Source: Negaprion brevirostris
Taxonomy: Eukaryota
Assembly (NCBI GenBank): GCA_030324005.1
Contig: JARDVH010000132.1
Span: forward strand, 64,061,434 to 64,125,433
Length of the DNA stretch: 64,000 nt
Direction of reading: 5' to 3'
Part shown: positions 24,750 to 36,949 of the stretch, piece by piece
Layout of the letters: each line of letters begins with the position of its first letter
Numbering within the stretch: the stretch's first letter is position 1
Position numbers and translations under genes: made by a program
The notes under the pieces: model-generated
What the model saw: only the letters and a program-made list of their open reading frames with translations
Told to the model about the DNA's origin: nothing
Database searches by the model: none

Positions 24750-26950
24750 TCTGACTTACTTTTCTCCACTGTGAACCATCTTCTTAAACCCCTCCACCTT
24801 CAACTCCAAATATTGGGAGCAGTTCATGATTTGTTTGTCACTAAGATCAAGATCATCTATTCATTTGCCTCTACTGCCTCCCTCCCTTCTACTCAGCCAA
24901 TGGTAAAACTTACTCTGAGACATTGGAATCTACCTGCCTCAGCTCAGAACTCACATCTTACTCTAGTTTCTCTCTTATGTCCCTTCATGCTGTCTTTGAG
25001 CTCATCTTGTCACAGAGACCAATCTCCTATGCCCATAACCCTATTCCCACTAAACTGCTGACCACCCAGCATCTCTTCATGATCCCCATATTTGCCAATA
25101 TTTCATAGCTCATAATTCACAGTAATAAATAGCAATATGCCTTGTTAATTAAAAGTGTGCAGTAATAAATTTACTATACAAAAAAATGACAAGGGTGTCC
25201 CAAGTTAAAGTACTTCATCACAAAGTCAAAGACAAACAAAATTAATTTGTACAGCACATATTCAGCTAAGTTGGACTCTATTGAAATGGATATTGATGTT
25301 TTAAAGACTCAAGTATTTGCTTTGACTTCCATTTTGTAGGATTCACACAACAATCTGAATAAATTGCTCTAATGAAGCAGAGTGTCGTAATCAGATTCTC
25401 TTCAGATGTTGCCCCTCCTTAAATTTGTCATCATCATTGCTTTCCTCAAAAGAAACAACAGCTGACCCCACTGCCTTTGCAAACCACCATCCCATCTCCA
25501 AAGTTCTTAAATGTGTCATTATCTCTCAAATCTGTGTCCTGGGACTCCATCTTTTAATCCCTCCAATCAGGCTTCTGTCACTCCCACAGTACTGAAATGA
25601 CCCTGATCGAAGTCGTAAATTACACCCTTGAACAAAGGTCAACTTGAACAAAGGTCAGCTTTCCTTTTCACCCTTCTTGAGTTGTTGGCAGCTGTAGACA
25701 AGATCAACCAAATCATCTTTCCCCAATGCCTCTCCACTGCCATCCAGCTGGGTGCTGCTCCCATCTGGGTTACATTCTCCTTTATCTAATTACAACAGGA
25801 CTATCACTTGCAGTGGCTTCTCTTCCTGCTCCCACACCGTTACCTCTGGTGTTCCTTACTATTTATAATCCACACACTGGCCTTGCACAATATCATTTGA
25901 AGCATAGCATTGTTTTCACAAGCTCGCTGACGACAGGTTTACTTCACCACTACCTCTCTCAACTCATCAGTATTGTTAAATTATCAGATTGCTTCTCTGA
26001 CATCCTGTATTGGTTGAGAAGAAATTTCCCCAATTAAGTACTGGGAAGATGAGGCTATGATTGTTGGACCCTCTCCAAATTCCATTCCCTAGCCTCGGAC
26101 TCCCTCTCTCTCCCTGACAACAATCTGACATCAAACTAGTTTGTGCACAACATTGGTGCCATATATTTCACCCTGAGATNNNNNNNNNNNNNNNNNNNNN
26201 NNNNNNNNNNNNNNNNNNNNNNNNNNNNNNNNNNNNNNNNNNNNNNNNNNNNNNNNNNNNNNNNNNNNNNNNNNNNNNNCCTGAGATGAGCTTCTAACCA
26301 TATATCTGTACCAAATCCATCTGTGTAACATTGTCTGAATCAGCCTTTGCCTCAACACATTTGCTGCATAGCTCCTCATCCATACTTATGTCACCTCTAG
26401 ATGTGACTATTCTGATGAACACTTGTTTGGCCTCCCACACTCCACAAGTTTCAGATCATCCAAATTCTTGTGCCTATGTCCTAATTCACAGCAAGTCTCA
26501 CTTGCCTATCAGCCCATGTGCTGGCTGACCTGCAGTAGCACCCAGTCATGCAAAATCTTGACATTAAAATGCTCATCCTTGTTTTCAAATCTCTCCCTGG
26601 CCTTGACCCAGCATGGCTCTTAATTTCCTCCAGTCCCACAACACTTCAAGATACCTTCCAGTTCCATATTATAATTTCTCCACTACTGGTCATCATACCT
26701 TCAGTTGTCAATACGCTAAGATCTGGACTTCCTTTCCTAAACATCTCCGCCTCTCCATCCCTGTGCCTCAGTCCCTCTCTTTCTGGCTTTAAGATACTCC
26801 TTAAAACTCATTTCTTTGACCAAACTTTTGGCCATCTGCCATAATATCTCTTTATGTCATTCAGCATCCAGTTTTACAATGTTTCTATGAAGTACTCTGA
26901 GATGTTTTGTTACATTACAGACACTATATAAATGTAATTATTATTGTTGT
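24750..26950 (+). mobile_element. L2 LINE, decayed, linker-RT through 3' tail, with about 290-bp internal insertion
   Basis: NPIPTKLLTTQ, LQSGFCHSHSTEMTLIEV, LLELLAAVDKINQ, LKTHFFDQTFG; tail ctatataaatgtaattattattgttgt. Confidence 0.9.
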
Positions 26951-27069
26951 GATTTTAAAACTATCAAGTACTCTTTTGCAATCTTCTAGAAATCTCAGGG
27001 CCAGTGAGCAACAAATCTGCAAGACTTCTTCTATTTTAGCTTGTGGATAATTCATGCCTGAAGGTCATT

Positions 27070-27560
27070 CAACAACAAAAATAATAACTTGTAATCATAC
27101 AGCACTTTTAACTTAACAGAATATCCTAAAGAATTTCATCGGTGCATTATAAACCAATAGTAGACATCAAACCAAAGCAGGCTGGAACTGACCAAGAATT
27201 TGAAAGCAGAGGTGGGAAAACAAGGATGGGAATTTTAAAAACAAGGCATTGCTTAACGTGAAGATAGTATAGCAAGCACAGAGATTGTGAGTGAAAGGGG
27301 CTTGGTGTAAACAAGGACACGATCAGCAGCAGAGTTTTAGAATGACCCCTACATTTACAGAGGGGGGAGGCGGCATTGAAATAGTCAGGTCTTGAGGTAC
27401 CATAGGCATGAATGAGGGAACCTACAGCACATGATCTCAAGTAGAGTTCGCCGTTGATACAGAATTGGAAATTGATGATTTTAACAATGGCATGAATATG
27501 TGGACAGAATCTCACCCTGAGACCCAATGTGACATCAAGGTTGGGGACAGACTTCAGATA
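27070..27560 (-). mobile_element. L2 LINE 3' fragment
   Basis: LIHAYGTSRPDYFNA and HVKQCLVFKI (L2 motifs LIHAFVTSRLDY.N and V.QR..FKI), plus reverse tail. Confidence 0.8.
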
Positions 27561-28219
27561 GTGCCAGACCCCTGCTTCAATCGCTCAGCTTGAACAACTC
27601 ATTCCTCCATCTTGCCCTCCTCTCCTTCTTTATCACGCATTATGTTAGGTTTTACATTTATAAATGACTTCATCTGTTGCAGAGGAGAGGAAATTGGCAA
27701 CCAACTATTGTGGTTGTAATTATGTATTTAGGCATGTATAATTTTTTTTGTTTTTACAACAGATACTCTGTTAAATTGTGTTAGGTAAAAACCGTGGATT
27801 CAGGACAATCGCAGATTTATCACACAGTGTGATCACATCACAGCCTGAATTACTCCTCTTGTACCAGTTGTTGCTATGCAATTTTAGAGGTTGTACAGTG
27901 ATGAAACAGAGAAAGAACAATGGGAAGTCTGGCTTTTAATTTTGTCAGAATATGGAATCATGGAGTTAAATATTCACTCTAGCCTCATAAATAATTTATG
28001 ACAGAAGTTGTACTTGAGGCCAAAATGGCCTTGTGAATTTAATACATCAATTCCGCTTTGGGTGACAGTCTGCTACAATGCAGAGAGACAAATCAACTCG
28101 TGGCTTAATGAAAATTACTAATTTCCAAATTTTCGAATTGTTACTATTAAAATATCACTAAATTTTAACCTTGCTTGACAATATAAATCAAAATTATTGA
28201 TCACTTACTTTCAATTAGT

Positions 28220-28400
28220 TCTTAGTATGTGAGCATCACTGATAAACTGAGGAATAATTGCCCATCACTAATTGCCCTTGAGAAGATGGTGAGCTGTCTT
28301 TTTGAATTTCTGCAGATCATGTGGTGTAGGTACACCTGCAGTGTTGTTTGGGAGAGAGTTCCAGGATTTTGACCTAGCAATACTGGAGAGTAGATAGGAT
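28220..28400 (-). mobile_element. LINE 3' end
   Basis: RSKSWNSLPNNTAGVPTPHDLQKFKKTAHHLLKGN* followed by the tail. Confidence 0.8.
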
Positions 28401-28918
28401 TCTTTAGCTTTTCCACCAAGCTCCACCACTGCATGGAAACATCTCACACTAAAGATCTTCTGCTGATTTGTAACAATACCCAAAGGCCCTTATCCCTGCA
28501 GCTTGCAGGGCTTGCGTTTCTTTCTATTTTTTCTAATGGTGGCCTAGCTAAGGGCCAGAACGGTACCCTATATCTGCCCAAATGGCTTGAGAGAGAAGAG
28601 GTAGAAACTTCTGGCAGATTCAGTACCAAGTGAATACCCCAAGCAGGAAATCAACCCTGGAGTGCCTGGTGTTGGATAACATACTATTGAAAGGACTTCA
28701 TGAACACAGAAAGGATACAAAGGAGTTTTTCTTGAATAAAACAAGAATTAAAAGCTTTTATTATAAGGACAGACAAGAGGAACTGGAGGAATGGAACAGA
28801 CAAATTTAGGAGAGCTGTGTTTCAAATAATGAAGAGTTTTGTAGAGATAAATTGTGGAAACTGATGTTAAATAAGACAATAACTAGAGAGCATACTTTTA
28901 AGACAATCATCAATCAAT

Positions 28919-29247
28919 AGGCAGCACAGTGGCAGAGCGATAAGCACTGCTGTCTCACAGTGCCAGGGACCCAGGTTCGATTCCGGCCTCCGGTCACTGT
29001 TTGTGGAGTTTGCACATTCTCCACATGTCTGAATAGATTTCCTTTGGATGCTTTGGTTTTCTCCCACAATCCAAAGATGCACTGGTTAGGTTGATTGGCC
29101 ATGCTAAATTGATCCTAGTGTCAGGAGGATTAGAAGTGTAAATACGTGGGGTTACGGGAATAGGGCCTGGGTGGGATTGTGGTCAGTCGAACTTGATGGA
29201 CCAAATGGCCTCCTTCTGCACTGTAGGGATTCTATGATTCTGTTCTA
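28919..29247 (+). mobile_element. Full-length HE1-type tRNA-derived V-SINE with CR1-type tail
   Basis: A box tggcagagcgataa, B box ggttcgattcc, V-domain ggagtttgcacattctcc, tail aaatggcctccttctgcactgtagggattctatgattct. Confidence 0.92.
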
Positions 29248-29274
29248 CCCTTGAAACTTGAGAAATGATTCCAA

Positions 29275-29460
29275 TATGTTTTTTCTTATTTCTTTTATAG
29301 GACATGGGCATCACCGACTGGGCCAGCAGTTGTTGCCCATCCTAAATTGCCCTTGAGGGGGCAGTTAAGAGTTAAAGTTGCTGTGGATCCGAAGTCACTT
29401 GTCGGCCAGATCAGGTAAAGATAGCAGATTTCCAGAACCAAGTCAAATGAATCGATAAAT
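29275..29460 (-). mobile_element. 3' part of a second tRNA-SINE family
   Basis: Matches the 3' half of 45127-45480. Confidence 0.65.
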
Positions 29461-30201
29461 TGCCAATATGCATTCAAGACTCATTATGAGTTGGGCATAA
29501 CTATTCTTCACTAGATAACCAATTAAAAACTTGCAGGTGCATGTGGCAGAGATGCCCCAAAGACCCTTCACAAACAGGGATAAGGAAATGCTACGAAGCC
29601 AAGAATTGCAAGTTTTGAAGGGAGTGACCAAAAACTTGGTTGAGGGGATGGATTTTCCGAAGATTTGTAAGCAAGAAAAAGAGGCGGAGAGGGTTTGTGA
29701 GGGAGCTGCANNNNNNNNNNNNNNNNNNNNNNNNNNNNNNNNNNNNNNNNNNNNNNNNNNNNNNNNNNNNNNNNNNNNNNNNNNNNNNNNNNNNNNNNNN
29801 NNNNNNNNNNGATTAAGTGGAAACATAATAACATCACTTGTAATACTGTTTGCTGTGTACCTCTCGTATATACTGGTGCATTCTATACATCATTCCCCCC
29901 TTGACACCGCACCCCCCCACCTCCTCCTGACCTTCCACCCCTCACAGCCAACCTGTAATATTCCATTATTCAGTTACCTGGTTGGAAAATCAAGCGATGG
30001 GGTTGTAGAATTTTTCAAATTCATTTAAGGGCGCTGAAGTGAAAATTCCCAGCCACTGTGTATAATTGAGAAACAAACAAAAAAATTAAGGGTCTGCCCT
30101 GCTGTGTACTCAGCCCCAGTGTGTGCACACAGCTTTGATTATAAGTTGCTGTGGCTTGCCGGCTAGCAGGAATTTTTGAAACCCTCTCCATTGAACTTGA
30201 A

Positions 30202-30329
30202 AGGTGGGATTTTCTGGCCACGCTCACTCCAAGATCAGAAAATCCTGCCTGAGGTCAACAGACTTTTCTATGGTCCGTGTCCTGCGCATTATAATTCCCA
30301 TGGCGAGCAGGTTAGGAAAATTCAGACCT
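30202..30329. mobile_element. MITE, sister of 8215-8494
   Basis: Aligns end to end with the reverse complement of the 8215 element. Confidence 0.75.
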
Positions 30330-30422
30330 GTAACAAGTTCAAAGTGCAGTGCCTTGTAAAAGATTTAGTGTCAGATCAAAGTTTTTCTGTCATCCTCTAG
30401 CCACCTGTGTTGCTTTTGATAT

Positions 30423-30724
30423 TTTTTAAAGTTTACAGTTTATTTATTAGTCTCACAAGTAGGCTTACATTGACAATGCAATGAAGTTACTGTGAAAATC
30501 CCCTAGTCACCACACTCTGGCGCTTGTTTGGGTACACTGAAGGAGAATTTAGCATGGCCAATGCACTTAACCTGCACATCTTTTGGATTGGAAGGAAATT
30601 GGAGAACCCAGAGGAAAAACCCAGGAACACGGGAAGAACATGCAGATTCCTCATAGACAGTGACCCAAGCTGGGAATTGAACCCGGGTCTCTGCGGTTGT
30701 GAGGCATCAGTGCTAACCACACTG
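30423..30724 (-). mobile_element. HE1-type V-SINE with alternative (non-CR1) tail
   Basis: Head gtggttagcactgatgcctcaca...gggttcaattcc; tail actaggggattttcacagtaacttcattgc...aataaataaact. Confidence 0.9.
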
Positions 30725-31279
30725 ATTTCCCTTCAGGGTTGACTTCACCACAAGTACCCCATTGATCCTTACCACAATGTAGACAGAGTCTAATCCTGAT
30801 TGACAGTCTGCAGTTTCACTCCCTCTTTGAAGTGGTTTGTGATAAAGGAAGATTTAAGGGAAAGAGGAACAGCACCCGAGGAGAGAGAACCAGCTGCTTA
30901 AGGAGGCTGTTAATGATCAGGGAGGCTCAGGAAGTGTGATTTTCAATGCACGGAGCTGCAAAGTTATTTTTTAAAAACTGGACTGATTTTTGCCATCAGA
31001 GATATTTCTGTAAGATCGGGTGTAGTACTGTTTGGCTGATCATTTGGCCAATTCTCTAACCTCTGAGGCTGTGAATTCCTGCTTACTGTTTTTTCCAAAC
31101 ATGCCTCATCATAACTGCTGTCTGCACTTGATGCTCCTGCCTCCTTGGAGAGCATAATGCCACCAAACTTGCTTCGGAGCAATAATGACATTGATATTCA
31201 GTGATTGTCTTGTGTGAACAATGTGGATGCTGCATGCAAAGAGACCCAGAAATTAACAAGGCGTCAGACTCCTAACCTG

Positions 31280-31620
31280 ATTTGGAAATCAAGCCCAGAC
31301 TAGTAGCAACGTTGGTAACATATATCCTGAAATGAACTTGGTGAAAGGCCTCTTTTTTCCCCAGGGACTGCCTATTTCTACCTCGGTAACATTGCCAGAC
31401 ATCAGTCCATGCCGCAGCTCATCAGCTGTTGAAACTTTTTGTAACTTTGTTATTCTAGACTTGCCTATTTCAATGAATTCACTGACAGCCTCCCACACTA
31501 AACCATCCCTAAGCTTAAAGTCATTCAAATCTCTGCTGCTCAGGCCCTTCTTCACAACAAATCCCAGTCACCTATCAGTCCTTTGCTTTCTGACCTTCAA
31601 TGCCTCCCAGCTGCTATGAT
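31280..31620 (+). mobile_element. L2 fragment
   Basis: ctcatcagctgttgaaac...ttctagacttgcctatttcaatg resembles the L2 AETLIHAFVTSRLDYSN region. Confidence 0.65.
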
Positions 31621-32852
31621 CCTCATAGAGACCAATAACATTTTATAAAAGATTCAAATTTCTAATCAATTGCTGAATGTAGGATGCAACGATAGTGTAC
31701 ATTTTGCCATTGACTAAACCATATATAATTTTTGCAGGCAGCTTACATTTTAAATTACAGGACGGGTCATTGCCTTTTATAGTTACCACATGTCACTCCC
31801 TCCAGTGAATTACAATCCTTATAACAGACAGTCCACAATTACTCCCATCTTCCAATGGGTTCACATTTCCCCATTTCATCAAATAACAACTTTGAGTGAT
31901 CACCTCCAGGCATTTCCCTTGATTTTCAAAATTAGTTTCCTAAATCCACTACCAGCAGTAAAGCCTGTTCCAATGATTCTTTCCTTCTGGTCATGCTGGA
32001 ACAAATCTACCATTGCTGCGGGATGTGTATCTTCAACCAGAATCCCGTCTCCCTCGCACATTCGGTTGAGGTATTTCATAAGATCAAGCAGCCTCTTCTC
32101 CCTGCTGACTGTGCAATAAAACTATTGTCTGTCTGGCTGTCCCTTTTCTCAATATAAGTTTAAATTAGCTGATGCCAAGTGAAAATGACTCACATTATTG
32201 GTCTCAGGTATTCACCAGATTTGATACCCACACAGGTTTCCAATGATGAATCCAGAAATTCATTGTGGCCATGAGCTTTATGTATGTTTCTATTGCTTGA
32301 GATATACCAATGCAATGTTTGGTTTGTGAAACTTAAAAACATCCATTAGTTTAAAAATGAAACTTTTGAGAAGTAAAGAACTTGCAAAACTCCACTGCTT
32401 GTAACTGGCAAATCCACGCACAAAATGAAACTGGGCAGAAATACGCAAATCTGTACAAAAATGTGGACTAGAATCAATAAGCTCAGAGGAGTTTATTGAC
32501 ATGGAAGTAAATGGCCACTCTGTCCTGAAAATACATAAATAATGAGAGTGATAGCACACATCAGGTCCATAGATCGATTCAATCCTTATCAGCAAAGCAA
32601 GCAATTAGATCTGTCAACTGGCTTCAGAATTACATGAATTTTACAGTTTCATTCATTTATTTAAGGACTGCAAGTCATTATATCTTCAGATTGCTTTGGA
32701 AAAAGGAATAACTTTATAAACCTAAATAAATGGACAGAATAGAACTCATTTTAACTACTAAACTATTTATTTTGGTGTCAATTTTCAGGAAATATTGGTT
32801 AGATACAATGATGCAGTTAATTCTGAAAAGATTCAGTAAAAGATACAGTGAG

Positions 32853-32987
32853 TCACCTGACGAAGGAACAGCGTTCTGAAAGCTAGTGGCGTTTACTACT
32901 AAATAAACCTGTTGGACTTTAACCTGGAGTTGTGAGACTTCTCACTGTATTTACCCCAGTCCAACGCCAACATCTCCATATCATGGC
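32853..32987 (+). mobile_element. Short Penelope-associated repeat carrying a minimal type I hammerhead ribozyme
   Basis: tcac CTGACGA a ggaac agc gttct GAAA gcta gtgg, then aaataaacctgttggactttaacctgg...ccccagtccaacgcc. Confidence 0.8.
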
Positions 32988-33745
32988 CTGGAAGCAGGCC
33001 AGGACCCTCAAGGTTCAGGCTCTCCAGAGGCCGATTGCCAAGAGCATCATAGGCCACGGAGTGGAGTAGGCAGCTGGCCCTTCCACCTCTGGTGTACATC
33101 CTGGAGAGACACTGAGACATAGTGGTAGGCCACTTAAGCTTAAGAAGCTGCAGTGGACTTAGATGGCATGGGTGAAGGGCAACACTAGGTTGATAGAATA
33201 TTTAGGCACTTTAAAATCTCACTTTTTCATATTTTTGTATTATCACTTATTATGAAGTCACTTTTATTGGCACCAATAAATGTTATTTCACCCCACATCT
33301 TTGACTAATTTGTCTCTGATTAGCCTCTAACAGGAATGTATTTACCCTGACAGTTGCCAGAGGGACTCTGCGTGTTGATATCAGTGGGGAGGCCCCTCAA
33401 CACACTGCTAGAGAGAAAATCAAGGTGCACAAGTAATTCACTGGCTACAATGGGTGGCATGCATTGGTAACAACTTATAGCATCTGTGATGGCAGTCCTA
33501 GAACACATGAGAGATTTCACTCCCCCATCCCACCTGCTCTGGAGTCCTGCATGTGGGTTTAATGCTCCCTTTCCCATTATCCAGATGTGGGCCCAGGTGG
33601 TAGCATGCATGCAAAGTTCAGAACGGAGTCAGATTAATTTGCCCCAGGGCACCATCACATTGGCGTATAGTGAGATCAACATCACCCTCCTGCCTGCCAC
33701 AGAAACCCACTAATACAGCATACCCAGGCCACTCTGGTGTCAAAA

Positions 33746-33983
33746 TCATAGAATCCTACAGTGCAGCTGGAGGCCAGTTGGCCCCTCGAGTTTGCACTGA
33801 CCACAATCCCACCCAGGCCCTACTCCGTAACCCCATGTATTTACCCTAGATAATCCCCTGACACGAAGGGTCAATTTACCATGGCAAATCCATCTAATCC
33901 ACACAGCTTTGGAGTGTGGGAGGAAACCAGAGCACCTGGAGGAAACCCATGCAAACATAGGGAGAATGTGCAGACTTCACACA
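33746..33983 (-). mobile_element. HE1-type V-SINE with CR1-type tail; 5' end lost in gap
   Basis: Reverse complement of the 28919-type body and tail. Confidence 0.9.
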
Positions 33984-34789
33984 NNNNNNNNNNNNNNNNN
34001 NNNNNNNNNNNNNNNNNNNNNNNNNNNNNNNNNNNNNNNNNNNNNNNNNNNNNNNNNNNNNNNNNNNNNNNNNNNNNNNNNNNNNNNNNNNNNNNNNNNN
34101 NNNNNNNNNNNNNNNNNNNNNNNNNNNNNNNNNNNNNNNNNNNNNNNNNNNNNNNNNNNNNNNNNNNNNNNNNNNNNNNNNNNNNNNNNNNNNNNNNNNN
34201 NNNNNNNNNNNNNNNNNNNNNNNNNNNNNNNNNNNNNNNNNNNNNNNNNNNNNNNNNNNNNNNNNNNNNNNNNNNNNNNNNNNNNNNNNNNNNNNNNNNN
34301 NNNNNNNNNNNNNNNNNNNNNNNNNNNNNNNNNNNNNNNNNNNNNNNNNNNNNNNNNNNNNNNNNNNNNNNNNNNNNNNNNNNNNNNNNNNNNNNNNNNN
34401 NNNNNNNNNNNNNNNNNNNNNNNNNNNNNNNNNNNNNNNNNNNNNNNNNNNNNNNNNNNNNNNNNNNNNNNNNNNNNNNNNNNNNNNNNNNNNNNNNNNN
34501 NNNNNNNNNNNNNNNNNNNNNNNNNNNNNNNNNNNNNNNNNNNNNNNNNNNNNNNNNNNNNNNNNNNNNNNNNNNNNNNNNNNNNNNNNNNNNNNNNNNN
34601 NNNNNNNNNNNNNNNNNNNNNNNNNNNNNNNNNNNNNNNNNNNNNNNNNNNNNNNNNNNNNNNNNNNNNNNNNNNNNNNNNNNNNNNNNNNNNNNNNNNN
34701 NNNNNNNNNNNNNNNNNNNNNNNNNNNNNNNNNNNNNNNNNNNNNNNNNNNNNNNNNNNNNNNNNNNNNNNNNNNNNNNNNNNNNTCTA

Positions 34790-35515
34790 CCCCCAGAATG
34801 ACAAAACAGACCCCATCTCTTCCCCCACTCCCACTCACAAATACACACCCAGAACACACCCAGAACCCATGCAGTAGTGACCACAGACAGTGCTGCTTGA
34901 TAAGTCCTGAGGCTGCAGCACTGCCACTTCAGACAGTTTGCAGCCCATCTCCCACCAGCAACAGTGCTTGCTGCTGCCAGCACTAAGACCCAGAGTTAGC
35001 GCTAAGACCTGAGGTCAGCACACTCACCTGGGTCCATGCTGAGAGTCTGAGGTTGGACCTCATGAGCAACAACAACCCCCCACACTCCCATACACTCGCA
35101 GGCCCCTCCGACCTGAATCACAACATGGCCACCACAAAACAATGCCCCCTGAGCAGCACAAAGCAGTTTGAAAGTAGAGCCTTACCTTCCCACTCACCCG
35201 CACTGCTCAATTGCCTGAATGCAACTTTTATACTTCAGGTATTTTCCTGACCAATCCAGCTGCAAACGAGTTGGTTAAGGCAGGTGAACTGGGACAATTG
35301 GAAGTGAAGCTTTCTAATTACATTGTGATGAATGCAAAAAAATGCAAATTGGTGTTTCATCCATTTTGGGCAGGGTCCCGATCGCACTGATTTTTTTTGG
35401 TAAAATGGGAATGGGCATGAAAATGGGCACCATTCCCACTTGTCACATCACGCTTGATTTTACAATCTTTTTCCACTGCAAAATGGACATGATGAGGTTG
35501 TAAAATTCTGTCCAA
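34790..35515. mobile_element. End of a probable non-autonomous Harbinger-like element
   Basis: Terminates in tgtaaaattctgtcc, similar to the MITE TIRs in this window. Confidence 0.4.
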
Positions 35516-36949
35516 TGAAAGCTGTAAAACAATCTGAGAAGACCAAAGGTTACATGTTAAAATTGTACAAAATATCGATCTTCGTGCAGTAAAATAATTT
35601 AATATTGGGAATTGAAGAGATTCACTAGAACATTTTTTTAAACTGTTGATTGAGGTTAATGTACAGTTTTAATTGGCACTTGAGATGAACTAAGGAATTA
35701 TATATATAGTACTATGTCACAAGATATCCACACAACTTTTGTACTCTTTAATTCACCTTGATGGTAGTTTCTCCTCAAGTAAAATAGAACAAAATTGTAA
35801 TCTTCAACTAAAATACATCATTACAATGCCATGTTATTATGTAGCAAAGTGTAAAAGTTATTAATGTACTAGTGACAAATATTAAACTCCGCCTAATAGA
35901 ATACATTTAATAAACTAATGCCAGTGGACATTATACCTGAGGAAAATTTGAATTCCTTAAACTTAACTTTGGATTGACCTGATAACTCTAACCTGACAGT
36001 TGGACTAATGCCACAACTGAGCCAATCTCAAAGGTTCAGGGATTTTCAGTTTAAAGTATTTACTTATGGATAAGAGGACAAACATTCATACCCTTTCCAA
36101 TTCATTCCAGCAATAATGTAGCAGAAAGGCCAGGAACTTGGCCACAATTCTCATCTGCCAGGTCCTGGTTTCTTTAACAGTTTCCTGAGGTGATATTTGG
36201 GTAGAACCTCTGTTTACCACTTAACAATCCACCCATGTCAAATGGACTGTGACAGGAGAAAGAAGACTCTCAGACCAGAGAGTTTCCTTGAACGTTTCCT
36301 GGAACAGGAGCAATGACATTTGAATGGAATCATATCGTGCACTGCGGGTGTTGAAGTGGGACCCGTGTGGGGATCCAGGCCTGGGACCTTCAAAGCTTTT
36401 GGTAACTGGTAAGTTTATAAAGAGCGCCAAAAGACTGCATGTGGCATGAAAGAGTGAATTTTGCAACATTTACAATTGTCTCCTGCCTTAATTTCCCTTC
36501 TCCTCTACTGAGTATAAGTCAAGCAGAAAATACCTGCATGGTTCATGTCATTTGTGTAGACCCAATGCATTCCAGGTGCAAAATTATGCCCGAAATCAAT
36601 GGTTGCAGATGGTGCACATCTGAGACCTGAAACAGTAGCAGTCTCAGAAGGTGGCAGCTTTGGGACCTTCCGGTTTCTATCTAAAAGTAACTGTCTAAAG
36701 CTTCCATGCATGAAGTTCTTTGAGGGAGCCACAAAGAAATGTTATTGCTTACCTTTTCTGTATCCTTGGTCTAGATGCATGCCCTCCTCAATCCTCTAGA
36801 AGACAATAATTAACAGGACAAAAAATTAGGGAGTGATGGCAGAAAAAAGGTGGCAAATTAGGAAGTTAGATATTCAATAAAAAAAACTTTGAAACAGATA
36901 AAATTGAACATGGAGTACTTTAAAGAGTTCCAAAATCTCTTGATCTAAT

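Noticed and set aside
25628-25660. 16-bp tandem duplication cttgaacaaaggtcaa
   Set aside because: Ordinary slippage duplication inside a dead L2.
28919-28990. tRNA-like A and B boxes (also at other HE1 heads)
   Set aside because: These are SINE heads, not tRNA genes.
33871-34983. Long ORFs of 200-370 aa (also at 11421-12168 and 49485-50308)
   Set aside because: Almost entirely X residues from N gaps; the flanks are SINE or TE sequence.
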